NCBI GenBank assembly: GCA_016936665.1 | Contig: JAFGXI010000024.1 | Location: 7,832-71,831 of the forward strand | Length of the DNA: 64,000 nucleotides | Origin: Bacteroidales bacterium | Lineage (GTDB): Bacteria > Bacteroidota > Bacteroidia > Bacteroidales > JAFGXI01 | Direction of reading: 5' to 3' | Part shown: in pieces, positions 35,912 through 45,891 of the stretch | Layout of the letters: every line of letters starts with the position of its first letter | Numbering within the stretch: position 1 is the first letter of the stretch | Notes under the pieces: model-generated | Databases searched by the model: none | What the model saw: only the letters and a program-made list of their open reading frames with translations | Told to the model about the DNA's origin: nothing | Program-made: the position numbers and the translations under genes

Positions 35912-37117
35912 TTATTTCTGTTTTTCGTTCCCACTCACCCCATGCGAAGTGTGGAAAAAAGTATTACCGTTAAATGCCGATTTTATAAGTGAAATAAACA
36001 TTACAATAATTCCTAACGGAAGTTGTGCTAATGCATTCAATGTTTTTAAATTATAATGTTTTTTGGGGACAGCTAAAAGCATTGTAAGAAATAGTAACAA
36101 GGCAATTGTTAACCATTGTCGAATTAGCATTACAGCTGGTAATTGATTGCTTAAAACGAAAATGAAACCCAAAATAATAAAGTAAAGTCCGATCGTTCCA
36201 ATAAGCAAAGATCTAGGAATAAGAGCTTGTTGAATGACTTTGTCGAAAAAGTTGATGTTGCCTTTTGCAAACAATTGGTAGAAAGCTTCCGAGATATATT
36301 GTCCAAAGAAGTCGAATTGGGCAAATAGCCATCGCCTTCTCTGATTAACCATGTTGCTGTATTGTTGAACCTTTTCGTCGTACACAAGGGCATTAGGAAC
36401 GTATTCTATTGTGTGATGATCTTTAAGTAAAAAGATTTCTAATTCCTTGTCTTCACCAACATGAGAAACTTTTTTCATCATTTCTTTGAACAAATCGTAT
36501 TGAACGGCGAGCCCCGAACCTATAAATGCAGATGATACACCTAAGGCTCTGTGCCCTTGCCTAAAAATACTATTGTTAATCTCTTCGCTTATTGCATCTA
36601 AGATGGCTACATTTGTGTTTGTGTTTTTAGCAACTCTGTGGCCTTGAACTGCAACAAAACCTTTCTCAAAAGGATAATTAACTTTTTGTATAAAATCGGG
36701 CTCCATAATATTGTCAGCATCAATAACATATGCAATATCGTATGGCCCTTTATAATAATCCAGTGCCGAATTTAAAGCTTTAGCTTTGGTGCTTTTTTCG
36801 AATTTTACTTCGTGTACATTTATAGGTAAATTTTTTAGTGCTTCGATGGTTTCTTGTTTTAGAGAGTCTGCAATTACAACAATATCCAGTAATTCCTTAG
36901 GATAGTTAAGTTCGGATGCTTTTTTTGCAACTTCTCGAATTACAAAGTCTTCTTTATATGCAGGGATTAATACTAAACATTTGAATTTTTTTGATTTCCC
37001 AAAATGCTTATGCTCAGTTCTAAAAATTGAGGCAAAGGCAAAAAAGAAAATGTATAATGTAGAAAATCCAACGTAGCTGGTAATTATCAGAATAAACAGA
37101 TATAATATGATCTCCAT
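35912..37117 (-). CDS. Membrane-embedded GT2 glycosyltransferase (synthase-like topology)
   Basis: N-terminal TM helix, GT2 core (VLIPAYKE, VIDADN, GSGLAV) and QRRRW-like NQRRRWLFAQ, then several C-terminal TM helices. Start trimmed to MEIILY at 37117, which removes a 119-nt overlap with the upstream gene. Confidence 0.8.
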   Translation of the reverse strand: MEIILYLFILIITSYVGFSTLYIFFFAFASIFRTEHKHFGKSKKFKCLVLIPAYKEDFVIREVAKKASELNYPKELLDIVVIADSLKQETIEALKNLPINVHEVKFEKSTKAKALNSALDYYKGPYDIAYVIDADNIMEPDFIQKVNYPFEKGFVAVQGHRVAKNTNTNVAILDAISEEINNSIFRQGHRALGVSSAFIGSGLAVQYDLFKEMMKKVSHVGEDKELEIFLLKDHHTIEYVPNALVYDEKVQQYSNMVNQRRRWLFAQFDFFGQYISEAFYQLFAKGNINFFDKVIQQALIPRSLLIGTIGLYFIILGFIFVLSNQLPAVMLIRQWLTIALLLFLTMLLAVPKKHYNLKTLNALAQLPLGIIVMFISLIKSAFNGNTFFHTSHGVSGNEKQK

Positions 37118-37127
37118 CGTAAATGTT

Positions 37128-37742
37128 TTAATGAGTGATTTGTTTGATAACTTTGGCTGGTACTCCGGCCACAACACAATAAGGAGGAACGTCTTTAGTA
37201 ACAACCGATCCGCTTGCAACAACAGCCCCTTTTCCAATAGTAACACCTTTCATAATCATGCAATTCATAGTAATCCATGCATCATCTTCTATTACAATTG
37301 GTTTTTTAGTTCCTTCATCGGAGAAATGATCATCTACCTTATGAAAGTCGTTATCTATAATGATGTTGTAAGGTGCTATTCTTACGTTGTTGCCAATTAT
37401 AACCTTATGACTTACAGATATATGGCTTCCGTTCAATCGGGAATTATTACCGACGATTAATTTTGCTCCTCTATCGACAAATATTTTGGCTTTGTTGATG
37501 TTTGACCAAATTCGTACTTCGTTGCCGAGTTCTAAATAACCTTTATTTACAATCTGAGGTTTTTTATTGACAGAAATTAAAGATCCTTTTTTATTTACAT
37601 TTCTTAAGTACCATTGTCCTAACAGCATTTGCCAAGCCCCTTTTATCAGAATTATTAGAATTGATAAAAAACCATTTGGCTCTCCGGCATTTTTAAGGTC
37701 GACTTTTTTTTGTCGAATACGTTCTTTTATTCTATGTATCAT
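37128..37742 (-). CDS. Hexapeptide-repeat O-acetyltransferase
   Basis: Left-handed beta-helix repeats ([48 protein letters not shown]) and a VAGVPAKVI ending. Confidence 0.85.
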   Translation of the reverse strand: MIHRIKERIRQKKVDLKNAGEPNGFLSILIILIKGAWQMLLGQWYLRNVNKKGSLISVNKKPQIVNKGYLELGNEVRIWSNINKAKIFVDRGAKLIVGNNSRLNGSHISVSHKVIIGNNVRIAPYNIIIDNDFHKVDDHFSDEGTKKPIVIEDDAWITMNCMIMKGVTIGKGAVVASGSVVTKDVPPYCVVAGVPAKVIKQITH

Positions 37743-37746
37743 ATTA

Positions 37747-38727
37747 TTAGCTAAATTTTACAAAAGGTTCTGTTGTATCGTCGATGATTCTTTTTTTACC
37801 ATCGGAATCAATAAGTTTAGGAATAATATTAACTTGATGATGTGTGAGATGCCATTTAAGGGCGGCCCAAAACGCTATGAGTAATTTGTTTTCGCCCTCT
37901 AGTAATAGCTTTATACTGTTTTTGGGAACAGATAAAAGTGTAAAAAATACCAATGCTTTCAATTTAGTTAGCCCGCTTGTGTTTCTACGAGTGTAAAGCA
38001 ACCTACCTCTAGTCATATAATACATTCTTAAAGGCGAATTTTTACCCACCGACATCGATTCTTTATGATATACCACTGAACTTCCAACGTAAAAAACTTT
38101 ATAACCACCATTTTTAATTTTTTCGCACCAATCGTGTTCTTCGTAATAGAGAAAAAAGATATCGGGCATTAAACCTACTTCTTTAATAACAGTTGTAGGA
38201 ATCATCATTGCGGCACCATGCCCAAGTTGAGTTTCTCGAATATCGTTGTATTGCCCTTTGTCGTACTGAAACGAACCTATCTTTTCGCCTCGTCCGGTCG
38301 ATGGATTTATCCCTGTAGAACCGGCATATTGAATAGTATTCTTTTTTTCGCTGAAAAAAAATTTAATTTTTGGTGAAACTAAGCCTATTGAACTATCGGA
38401 TTCTAGTTGATAAACCAGAGGTTCTAAAAAATCGGGCTCAACTTCGGTATCGTTGTTTAGGAATAATAAATATTTACCATTTGCTTCGAGAATTCCTTGA
38501 TTGTTGCCCCCTGCAAAACCTAAATTTTTACCTGTTTTAATTAGTTTTATCTGAGGATACTTTTCCTCAATAATATCGGGGTTGTCGGAAGGAGAACCAT
38601 TATCTACAATAATGATTTCGATGTTAGGGTAAGTAATTCGTTTTAACGATTCGATCATATCGCAAGTCATTTGCGATTGGTTAAAATTGATCGAAATTAT
38701 ACTCACTAATGGAAACTCTTGATTCAT
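37747..38727 (-). CDS. Glycosyltransferase family 2
   Basis: [22 protein letters not shown] and YYEEHDWC motifs. Confidence 0.85.
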   Translation of the reverse strand: MNQEFPLVSIISINFNQSQMTCDMIESLKRITYPNIEIIIVDNGSPSDNPDIIEEKYPQIKLIKTGKNLGFAGGNNQGILEANGKYLLFLNNDTEVEPDFLEPLVYQLESDSSIGLVSPKIKFFFSEKKNTIQYAGSTGINPSTGRGEKIGSFQYDKGQYNDIRETQLGHGAAMMIPTTVIKEVGLMPDIFFLYYEEHDWCEKIKNGGYKVFYVGSSVVYHKESMSVGKNSPLRMYYMTRGRLLYTRRNTSGLTKLKALVFFTLLSVPKNSIKLLLEGENKLLIAFWAALKWHLTHHQVNIIPKLIDSDGKKRIIDDTTEPFVKFS

Positions 38728-38840
38728 TATTTTAGATTTGAAATTTGAAGAATACTACTTTATACCTAAAAAAATAAAAAAAGTTCAACTTAGGTTAAAT
38801 AAAAAACAATGCCTTTACAGTAGTATAATACCAAGAGTGA

Positions 38841-40358
38841 TTATAGCGGTTTGATTTCGTTCTTTTTTGTCCAATAAATAGCTTCTTGTGTTTTTTCTTC
38901 TTCGGTAATTTCACCAAGTCTTTGGCGTTCAATTTTTATAGCCATTGTAATATATGCCATACTTGTGTATAGCATCACACTTGTAGGAATTTGACCTAAA
39001 ACACCGTTACCGTAAGAACAGAGCATAACACCGGCTTGGCCAGAGAGTAAAGCGGTCATTCTATTGATTATTATGGGGTCTCTTAGTTTGAACATAACTA
39101 AATATGTTCCATATAAAAGAACATAAAAAAGAATGAACAAATGCAATGTTAAGCCAATTACTCCAGTCTCTACCCAAACAGCAACAAACCAACTATCGGT
39201 AGGTACCGTTGCAAGATATGTATTCGGAGTAAAACGAGCAGCCCACTCAAAACTTTGACCAATGCCAGCGCCAATAGGCCTACTGGCCATGTATGTTTTT
39301 AAAATTTTTTGATTTCTCTTTCGTACCATTAACGAGGGGTTATCAGGATCGAAACCAGTTCGCATTCGTCTAATTTGGGCGTTCCCATTCATTATGGTAG
39401 TAAATCTGAAAAATATATAAATCAGAATCATAAGCGTGATTCCCGGAATGAGTAGTTTAAAGTTTTTCTTAAGCACAAGAAACATTAATCCACCAGCAGC
39501 AGGAGCAGCTATGGCTCCTCTTGTTCCGGAAATTAACATGCCGTAAAATCCAAGAAGAGAAACGATTAAATACAATCTTTTTCTTTTCTTGTTTTCGCAA
39601 CCCATCCATAATATTCCGAAAACAACGCCTGTAACAGCTTGTGCCGCTCCAAATTGCCCGGCATCGCTGTAGAATGAAAAAACTCGTAGTTTACCGAACA
39701 ATATATGTGTGCCTGCATTTCCCGCGTCTAACCATGCTTGTTCAGCAAAGTCGGGACCAACAAAAAGTTGCATGGCGCCTTTAATTGAACCGAGTATTGA
39801 AAATATTCCCCAAATCAATATAAATTGCTGAAAAGATTTATCATTATCTAAAAGCATCTGTACTAGCGGAATAATGAGAACCATGTACAATCCGACGCCT
39901 CTCGATGCAAAAAACCAAGCTTCTCTACTTGTGACTTCAGGATTCACAATTTCGAAAAGGATATATAAATACCATATAATTGCTAAATAGGTGATTGTGC
40001 TCGAAGCTTTATGCCATGGGACATGACGAGTTGTCGATTTAAAAAATAGAGATAAGTAAGACATTACCAGTAAACCATCTATACTTAAGCCTAATGGAGG
40101 TTTCCCTGGTATATAACGCAAAATGCCGATTGCGGCAAACGCCATAACCATTGTGCCAATAATACCAATTTTAGGATTAATAAATAATTTATTCATGAAG
40201 ATTGCTCCAAATGGTAAGCCAATAAAAGCCATCGTAGCAGCCATTCCACCTTTTCCTATTGCATAGCCTGATACGAAAGAAAGGAGCAGTATGAAAACAA
40301 TGCCAATGGCTGTTTTTAAAAAAGGTTTTTCTTTATAGAGTTGTTCATCAAAACTCAT
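38841..40358 (-). CDS. O-antigen polymerase/ligase-like membrane protein (Wzy-like)
   Basis: At least 10 TM helices with a central loop region. Its position next to the flippase fits a Wzy-type polymerase. Assignment rests on topology and context. Confidence 0.65.
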   Translation of the reverse strand: MSFDEQLYKEKPFLKTAIGIVFILLLSFVSGYAIGKGGMAATMAFIGLPFGAIFMNKLFINPKIGIIGTMVMAFAAIGILRYIPGKPPLGLSIDGLLVMSYLSLFFKSTTRHVPWHKASSTITYLAIIWYLYILFEIVNPEVTSREAWFFASRGVGLYMVLIIPLVQMLLDNDKSFQQFILIWGIFSILGSIKGAMQLFVGPDFAEQAWLDAGNAGTHILFGKLRVFSFYSDAGQFGAAQAVTGVVFGILWMGCENKKRKRLYLIVSLLGFYGMLISGTRGAIAAPAAGGLMFLVLKKNFKLLIPGITLMILIYIFFRFTTIMNGNAQIRRMRTGFDPDNPSLMVRKRNQKILKTYMASRPIGAGIGQSFEWAARFTPNTYLATVPTDSWFVAVWVETGVIGLTLHLFILFYVLLYGTYLVMFKLRDPIIINRMTALLSGQAGVMLCSYGNGVLGQIPTSVMLYTSMAYITMAIKIERQRLGEITEEEKTQEAIYWTKKNEIKPL

Positions 40359-41693
40359 TTAGTGTTTTAATATTTTTGTTGTGTAAAGGTTTTTATAAAA
40401 TAACCAGCCCGATTTAAAAACCATGCTGTAGTTAAAAGGTATCGATTTATTAAAGTAATAATTACCTATTAAAATACCAACAAGTGTCATCAATATTGTT
40501 ATTAACGCAACGCCAAAAATACTTTCGAAAACAAATACAGCTATTAGATCGCCAATAATATTTGATACTACCATAAAAATGACTTTATACATATTGTATT
40601 TTGGTAAGTTTAAAGTGTCTAAGCCAACTCCTGTAAAACGATCGAGAGGTAAAATTAGCCCGTAAATACAAAAGGCTTGGTATATGATTGCGGTTGAAAG
40701 ATATTGTTTTCCTCCTAAGATCTGAACAAAAAAATCGGCAAAAACAAAGTTGAAAATGGAAAAAGGGATAAATAAAAGGGTTAATGCTCCTGTGTAGGTG
40801 TAAAATAAGTCCCGAACTTTATTCAAATTGTTTTCGGAGCTGGCTTTAGCCATTTTTGGAAAAGATGTAGCAGCCATGCTTCTCAGTGGGATTTCCATGA
40901 CCTCGGTTAGTTTAAGAGGGACACTATATAGAGCAACCCCTTCTGCTCCAAGAATGGGACTTAACCCGATAATAAAAGCGTCTGCACTTTTTAAAATATT
41001 GCTTCCTATTAAAGTTGCTAATGTAAATTTTCCAAAATGAAAGATTTCTTTACTGGTTTCTTTTGTGGATTTGAAAAGGTATTTAATACCATCCCATCCC
41101 TTGATGAGGCTTAGTAATGAGGTAAATAAATTAAAAAATAAAAAGGCATAAACAACAATTGAAACATCGAATTTCCAAAGAAATAAGTTAAGGATTAAAA
41201 ATAGATCGAAAAATATTATATTGAATATTCTAAGTATAAGTATTTTACCAAAGGCTAATTGTGCTTGTAAAACCGTGAGTGCGTTATTGAATGGTAGAGT
41301 GACGATGGCTAATAGAGGATACCATTCGAAAAATAAACCAAAACCTGACGCTTCAATTTCAGATTTAAATAAATAATTAATTATAAAAACAGGAATTATA
41401 ATGATTCCGGAAACAATAATTCCAATCAACCAATTAGAGCCAATTAAAGATTTTTGTCTTTCGATGTCCGCACCTGCTAAAAACCGTACCATGGCTGTTC
41501 TAGTTAATCCAAATCTGAACATTTCGATAAAAGATGCTGTTGTAACAAACAATACCCACTGCCCGAAGATAGTTTTATCAAAGCTTCTGGTTAATAACAC
41601 AAAGCTTATAAAACCAAGTGCTGCATACGATAAATTACCTGCGAAAGACAAAAACTCTTCTTGCCTAAGTAACTTTTTAAACTTAGTTATCAT
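40359..41693 (-). CDS. Oligosaccharide flippase (Wzx, MOP superfamily)
   Basis: About 12-14 TM helices, and an N-terminal pattern (AGNLSYAALGFISFVLLTR) typical of polysaccharide biosynthesis flippases. Its stop abuts the Wzy-like start with no gap. Confidence 0.8.
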   Translation of the reverse strand: MITKFKKLLRQEEFLSFAGNLSYAALGFISFVLLTRSFDKTIFGQWVLFVTTASFIEMFRFGLTRTAMVRFLAGADIERQKSLIGSNWLIGIIVSGIIIIPVFIINYLFKSEIEASGFGLFFEWYPLLAIVTLPFNNALTVLQAQLAFGKILILRIFNIIFFDLFLILNLFLWKFDVSIVVYAFLFFNLFTSLLSLIKGWDGIKYLFKSTKETSKEIFHFGKFTLATLIGSNILKSADAFIIGLSPILGAEGVALYSVPLKLTEVMEIPLRSMAATSFPKMAKASSENNLNKVRDLFYTYTGALTLLFIPFSIFNFVFADFFVQILGGKQYLSTAIIYQAFCIYGLILPLDRFTGVGLDTLNLPKYNMYKVIFMVVSNIIGDLIAVFVFESIFGVALITILMTLVGILIGNYYFNKSIPFNYSMVFKSGWLFYKNLYTTKILKH

Positions 41694-41700
41694 AGAGGCG

Positions 41701-43923
41701 TTAATTTATTTTTTTGCTAGAATTAAACTGGAACTTAATAAGTTGTTTTACAAGTCGTCTAAAGAATCCTCGTTTTTTAGGAATTTCACCAATAATGCTT
41801 TCTAAAATATCGATTTCGACACCGTTGGTTAATACTTCTGTCTCGGTTTTCTCAATTACAGTTTTTTTGAAACTGTTTAATACGTTCGTTTCGGCTTCAC
41901 TCCAAGGTCTGTTTGCTCTAGCGATCATAAGTGCAAAATGTACGTTTCTTAACATCCTTACGGGCGTAGGGTAGTGAAGTATAGATGGGATTTCCAGAAA
42001 AATAAAATCAAACTTTTCGTAATCGGTTTCCAGTAATTTTTCAAAAAAACAATCGACTTTAAAGTCGTTCGACATTAAGTCTTCGAAATTGTAATAATGG
42101 CAACCTAATTCAATATCGTTATCACTAATTCTTCCATCGATTTTATAATTAAAAAATGCAACGTTAAAACCATTTCGCATGTGTGCATTGTGCAAACGTC
42201 TTGCAATAGTACTCTTTCCGTCTCCTTTTGCGGTACTAAAAATTACTGTAATGAACGGTTTATGTATTTGCGCCGAATTGTAATTAAATGCTTTTTGTCT
42301 GATTTTTTGAGCAATTTCGTCGGTAGTTCGCTTGAGAATAAAATCTAAATCTACTTTTTTATTTGTTTTGTATAGATTCGGAAAAGCTCCGGCATATTCT
42401 AAGTTAGTTAATTTCGATAATCGTTTATGAGATTTAATTGAGCTATCAAAATACTCCATGATAATTAATAAGAAAATGGTTAATATAATACCGGCAAAAC
42501 CTGCTCCTACAATCATTACCGACCGTTTAGATGCTTTTGGAACGACAGGATAAAATGGAGGGTCGATAATGTCGAGATTGGTAGACATTTCGATGTTTCT
42601 TTGCATTATTTTACTCTCATTTAAACCTTGTAAAATTGATAGATATTCTCGTTCGGTCACGCTTATTTGTCGCTCAATACGCATCATAGTTGCTCCCAAC
42701 GGAGCATACTCGGAATATACTCGCTTTAAATCGTTTATTTTTTCTTTGTATATCGATATTCTTGCATTGCTTTCTTCGTGTAAAATAATTTGTTCTAACC
42801 ATTTGGTCATTAAATCTTGTTGACTTAGTCCTGCTGTTGTATTTTCTACAATACCAATTTCTTTAATAATTTGATTAAGTTCGTCTTTAATGTTTTCCGA
42901 CTTTGCATAAAGGGCAGAAAGTTCTGCGGAGTAATTTTCTTTATTATCGGTTTTTACTTCTAAAAGGGCGATTTTTGTGGTTATTTCCGAAAGTTCATTT
43001 CTCAAATCGATCATGTTAGAACTTTTTAAGAGCGTTTTGTTTCTTCTGTTTAGCTGATCTTCTATTTTAATGATAGAGGCTTTTGCGGCTGCAGATTGCA
43101 TCAGTTCTTGTTGAAATAATAACTCTATATCTTCGCGGAGCTTAGATATATGTTTGGTTTGCTCATAATAGTTTATAATTTTATTATCCTTGTTAAAATT
43201 TAAAAGAGTTTGCTCTGCTTGATCTAATTTGCCTTTTACTATACTTAGTTGATCTTCGAAATAACCAACCACACTGTGCGTTTCGCCTTCTTTTATTTTT
43301 TGATAGTTTTTAATAAAAACTTCATTTAAAATTTTTAAAGTTTGATAACAAACTCCGGCATCATCTGCATCAAAGTTTATTTCAATTAAATCGCTGTTTG
43401 AAATTCTCTTTACAGAAATTCCAGAAACAGCATCGATGCTATAGTAAGGGTGTTTTCCGTGTAATAATTTGTATATAAAATTGTTACCTCCATTTTGGTA
43501 ATCTGCCCAAAGTTGATCAAAAATTAGTGATTCGTTGTTTGAAGGCTTAATCTTAAGAGAATCGAATACGTTCTTTTTAACATCTTTATAATGTTCAATA
43601 GAAATTAGATTCCCATCTATTTTTTCGATGGCCATATGTTTTGCAAGTAATCTTATGGCAACTTCTTCGTAGGTCTTTCGGGCCTCAATAATATTGATAA
43701 GGTTATCGAAAGCGGCCTGTGTTTTTAAGTAATCGAAATTAGCATTACTGACCGATTTTAGATTTAAACCAGTTCCAAAACCAGTATAAATAATTGTTTT
43801 CGATGAGTACGATTTTGGAAGATTGGCAGTCAATGAGATTACTACACCGACGAGAATTACAGGAACAATAAATATTATTTTTATGTTCTTAAGGATTAAT
43901 CTTATGAGTTGAATAATGTTCAT
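41701..43923 (-). CDS. Wzc/GumC-like polysaccharide co-polymerase with a divergent C-terminal P-loop domain
   Basis: N-terminal TM helix plus Wzz motif; long coiled-coil periplasmic region; GNVR-like IIDPPFYPVVPKASKR plus a second TM helix. The C-terminal domain has Walker A-like STAKGDGKST, no DxDLR Walker A' motif and no C-terminal Tyr cluster. Confidence 0.75.
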   Translation of the reverse strand: MNIIQLIRLILKNIKIIFIVPVILVGVVISLTANLPKSYSSKTIIYTGFGTGLNLKSVSNANFDYLKTQAAFDNLINIIEARKTYEEVAIRLLAKHMAIEKIDGNLISIEHYKDVKKNVFDSLKIKPSNNESLIFDQLWADYQNGGNNFIYKLLHGKHPYYSIDAVSGISVKRISNSDLIEINFDADDAGVCYQTLKILNEVFIKNYQKIKEGETHSVVGYFEDQLSIVKGKLDQAEQTLLNFNKDNKIINYYEQTKHISKLREDIELLFQQELMQSAAAKASIIKIEDQLNRRNKTLLKSSNMIDLRNELSEITTKIALLEVKTDNKENYSAELSALYAKSENIKDELNQIIKEIGIVENTTAGLSQQDLMTKWLEQIILHEESNARISIYKEKINDLKRVYSEYAPLGATMMRIERQISVTEREYLSILQGLNESKIMQRNIEMSTNLDIIDPPFYPVVPKASKRSVMIVGAGFAGIILTIFLLIIMEYFDSSIKSHKRLSKLTNLEYAGAFPNLYKTNKKVDLDFILKRTTDEIAQKIRQKAFNYNSAQIHKPFITVIFSTAKGDGKSTIARRLHNAHMRNGFNVAFFNYKIDGRISDNDIELGCHYYNFEDLMSNDFKVDCFFEKLLETDYEKFDFIFLEIPSILHYPTPVRMLRNVHFALMIARANRPWSEAETNVLNSFKKTVIEKTETEVLTNGVEIDILESIIGEIPKKRGFFRRLVKQLIKFQFNSSKKIN

Positions 43924-43933
43924 CGCTTAATTT

Positions 43934-44695
43934 TTACCAATCGCTGGGTTGATTGAGATTAACCTTGTTTATTTCACCAATTAATTCCATCAGAATTAAA
44001 TAAGAAATTCTAAAATCCATTTTTGCTTTTAAATAGTCGGCTTCTGCTTTAGTCGATGCTTCCATTACTTTAGTTAACTCGTATATGGTTAAGTTTCCAT
44101 TTTTTTGATCGTTGTTTGTTTTGGTTAATTGCATTTGTGTAGTTGTAAACGCTTTGTTTTTTACAATTATTAACTGCTTATTGAGTTGATATTCATTGTA
44201 TTGTTTAATAACAAGTTTTCGTATCTCGTCGTGTATCTGTTGGCGTTCGAGCCTGCTTACTTCAATTTGTTGACGAGCAATGTTATTTTGGTTTTTTTGA
44301 TCTAAAAAAGTTAAAAACGACATTTTGAGATACACCCCAACAGAGTATCTCGAATCGGTTGTTTTTGCGCTGGTAATGTCGTCGGTTTGTCCTATGTTCT
44401 GAATATTAACATTGTCCATCGATCCATATTTATAGTAGCTTTCGATGCCAATGTCGTCGAGCCATTCTTTTTGAATACTTTTAAGCTCGAATTGTCGAAT
44501 GGCTGTATTAATATCTGCCGATTTTAATAGGGGAGATTTTTCTAATGCTTTTTCTATCGCAATATCTAAAGTCGGAACATTAAGTAAACTATCGCTCAGA
44601 TCCAAACTTGGAGGAACAATTGTATCCTGAGATAAGCTTAAGTTGTTAATAAATATCGTAAGAATTAATATCAGTTTAAAACAAAAAAATTTCAT
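43934..44695 (-). CDS. Small TolC-like (outer membrane efflux protein repeat) secreted protein
   Basis: Signal peptide. LDIAIEKALEKSPLLKSADINTAIRQFELKS and later coiled segments resemble a single OEP/TolC repeat. At 253 aa it is about half a canonical TolC. Confidence 0.5.
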   Translation of the reverse strand: MKFFCFKLILILTIFINNLSLSQDTIVPPSLDLSDSLLNVPTLDIAIEKALEKSPLLKSADINTAIRQFELKSIQKEWLDDIGIESYYKYGSMDNVNIQNIGQTDDITSAKTTDSRYSVGVYLKMSFLTFLDQKNQNNIARQQIEVSRLERQQIHDEIRKLVIKQYNEYQLNKQLIIVKNKAFTTTQMQLTKTNNDQKNGNLTIYELTKVMEASTKAEADYLKAKMDFRISYLILMELIGEINKVNLNQPSDW

Positions 44696-45846
44696 ACGTC
44701 TTCTGTTTGTAACAAGGCTTTTGCGGTTCTAATTAATAATACTATATCGCCCCAAAATGTATAAGTTCTGGCATAAGTGTTGTCGAGTTGTTTTCGTTCT
44801 TCGTTCGACATATCGGACTTTCCTCGTTTTGTAACTTGCCATAATCCTGTGATGCCTGCGGGGGCTAAAAAGCGTTCGGAGTATTGGTCGGAGGTCAACA
44901 CTTCGGCTTCGTACAATGGGATGGGTCGGTTGCCTACAATAGACATGTCTCCTTTTAAAACATTAACTAATTGAGGCAATTCATCGATACTTGTTTTGCG
45001 AATAAAACGTCCTACTTTGGTAATTCTAGGGTCGTTTTGAATTTTAATAAATGCTTTTTCTTTTTTGTTTCTTTGTTTTAAAATATAATCGCTTTCAGAG
45101 ATCATTTCATTGTCTGAAATGAGCATGGTTTCGCCATTGTCTGCATATGTTTTTTCTGGTGATTTTTCGCTAATTATAGGAATATCTTCTTTGTTGTATT
45201 GGTTTAGATGGGCGAGGTCTTTCAGCCGTTTGTCTGCATCGACGTACATCGATCGGAACTTGTAAAAGTCGAATATTTCATATCCCATTCCAACCCGTTT
45301 ACTAGAATAAAAAAAAGGGCCTTTAGATTCTAATTTCAGCAGAATTATAACCAATAAAAAAATTGGTGAAAGCATTAACAAAGCAAAAAGAGCAAAAACG
45401 ATATCGAAAATTCGTTTGGCGAACGGGATTTTTAGTTGATGTTTTTTACTTTTAAATTTGTTGAAACTCAATTTGTTTGTTTTGTATTTTCTTAAAAAAT
45501 TAAGCCTTTTATCTATATTCTCAATCGAAACAGGCTTAGGATAAATGTCGTCAATTTTTTTAAAAAGAGCATCTTCTATTTGATCTTTACTTGGCGTTGA
45601 ACTTTGAAAAATAATAAATGGAATTCCTCTAAAATATAAGGTTGAAAAGACTTGTTTATGGAAGTCTTTTGACGAAATTCCTTTGGTTGATTCATCAAAA
45701 ATTACGGCGTAGATTAGCCCTTTTTTGCTTATTAGCTTTTGTGCTAAAAAAGGATCTGGCGATACTTCTGTTTCAAAAAGAGTTGATTTGTTTAGCTCAT
45801 CTACTATAGATTGGTCGTTGCCAATATATATTAATTTTTCAGCCAT
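44692..45846 (-). CDS. Initiating polyprenyl-phosphate glycosyl-phosphate transferase with an N-terminal receiver-like domain
   Basis: The C-terminal Bac_transf domain has KRIFDIVFALFALLMLSPIFLLV, GPFFYSSKRVG, YKFRSM, DPRITKVGRFIRKTSIDELPQL, VLKGDMSIVGNRP and GITGLWQV. The N-terminal about 125 aa show a REC-like pattern (KLIYIGND, AVIFDES, IPFIIFQSS, DIYPKPV). Confidence 0.85.
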   Translation of the reverse strand: MAEKLIYIGNDQSIVDELNKSTLFETEVSPDPFLAQKLISKKGLIYAVIFDESTKGISSKDFHKQVFSTLYFRGIPFIIFQSSTPSKDQIEDALFKKIDDIYPKPVSIENIDKRLNFLRKYKTNKLSFNKFKSKKHQLKIPFAKRIFDIVFALFALLMLSPIFLLVIILLKLESKGPFFYSSKRVGMGYEIFDFYKFRSMYVDADKRLKDLAHLNQYNKEDIPIISEKSPEKTYADNGETMLISDNEMISESDYILKQRNKKEKAFIKIQNDPRITKVGRFIRKTSIDELPQLVNVLKGDMSIVGNRPIPLYEAEVLTSDQYSERFLAPAGITGLWQVTKRGKSDMSNEERKQLDNTYARTYTFWGDIVLLIRTAKALLQTEDV

Positions 45847-45891
45847 AATTATTCGTTTAGTTGTTTGAGTCGTTTAAAAACAGTTGAAGAC

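Noticed and set aside
33335-42823. Multiple 60-134 aa plus-strand ORFs across the EPS locus (e.g. 33569..33850, 34695..34940, 37107..37460, 37567..37884, 41401..41805)
   Set aside because: All are antisense to long minus-strand genes with clear family motifs. AT-rich antisense frames commonly stay open, and none of these shows a recognisable motif.
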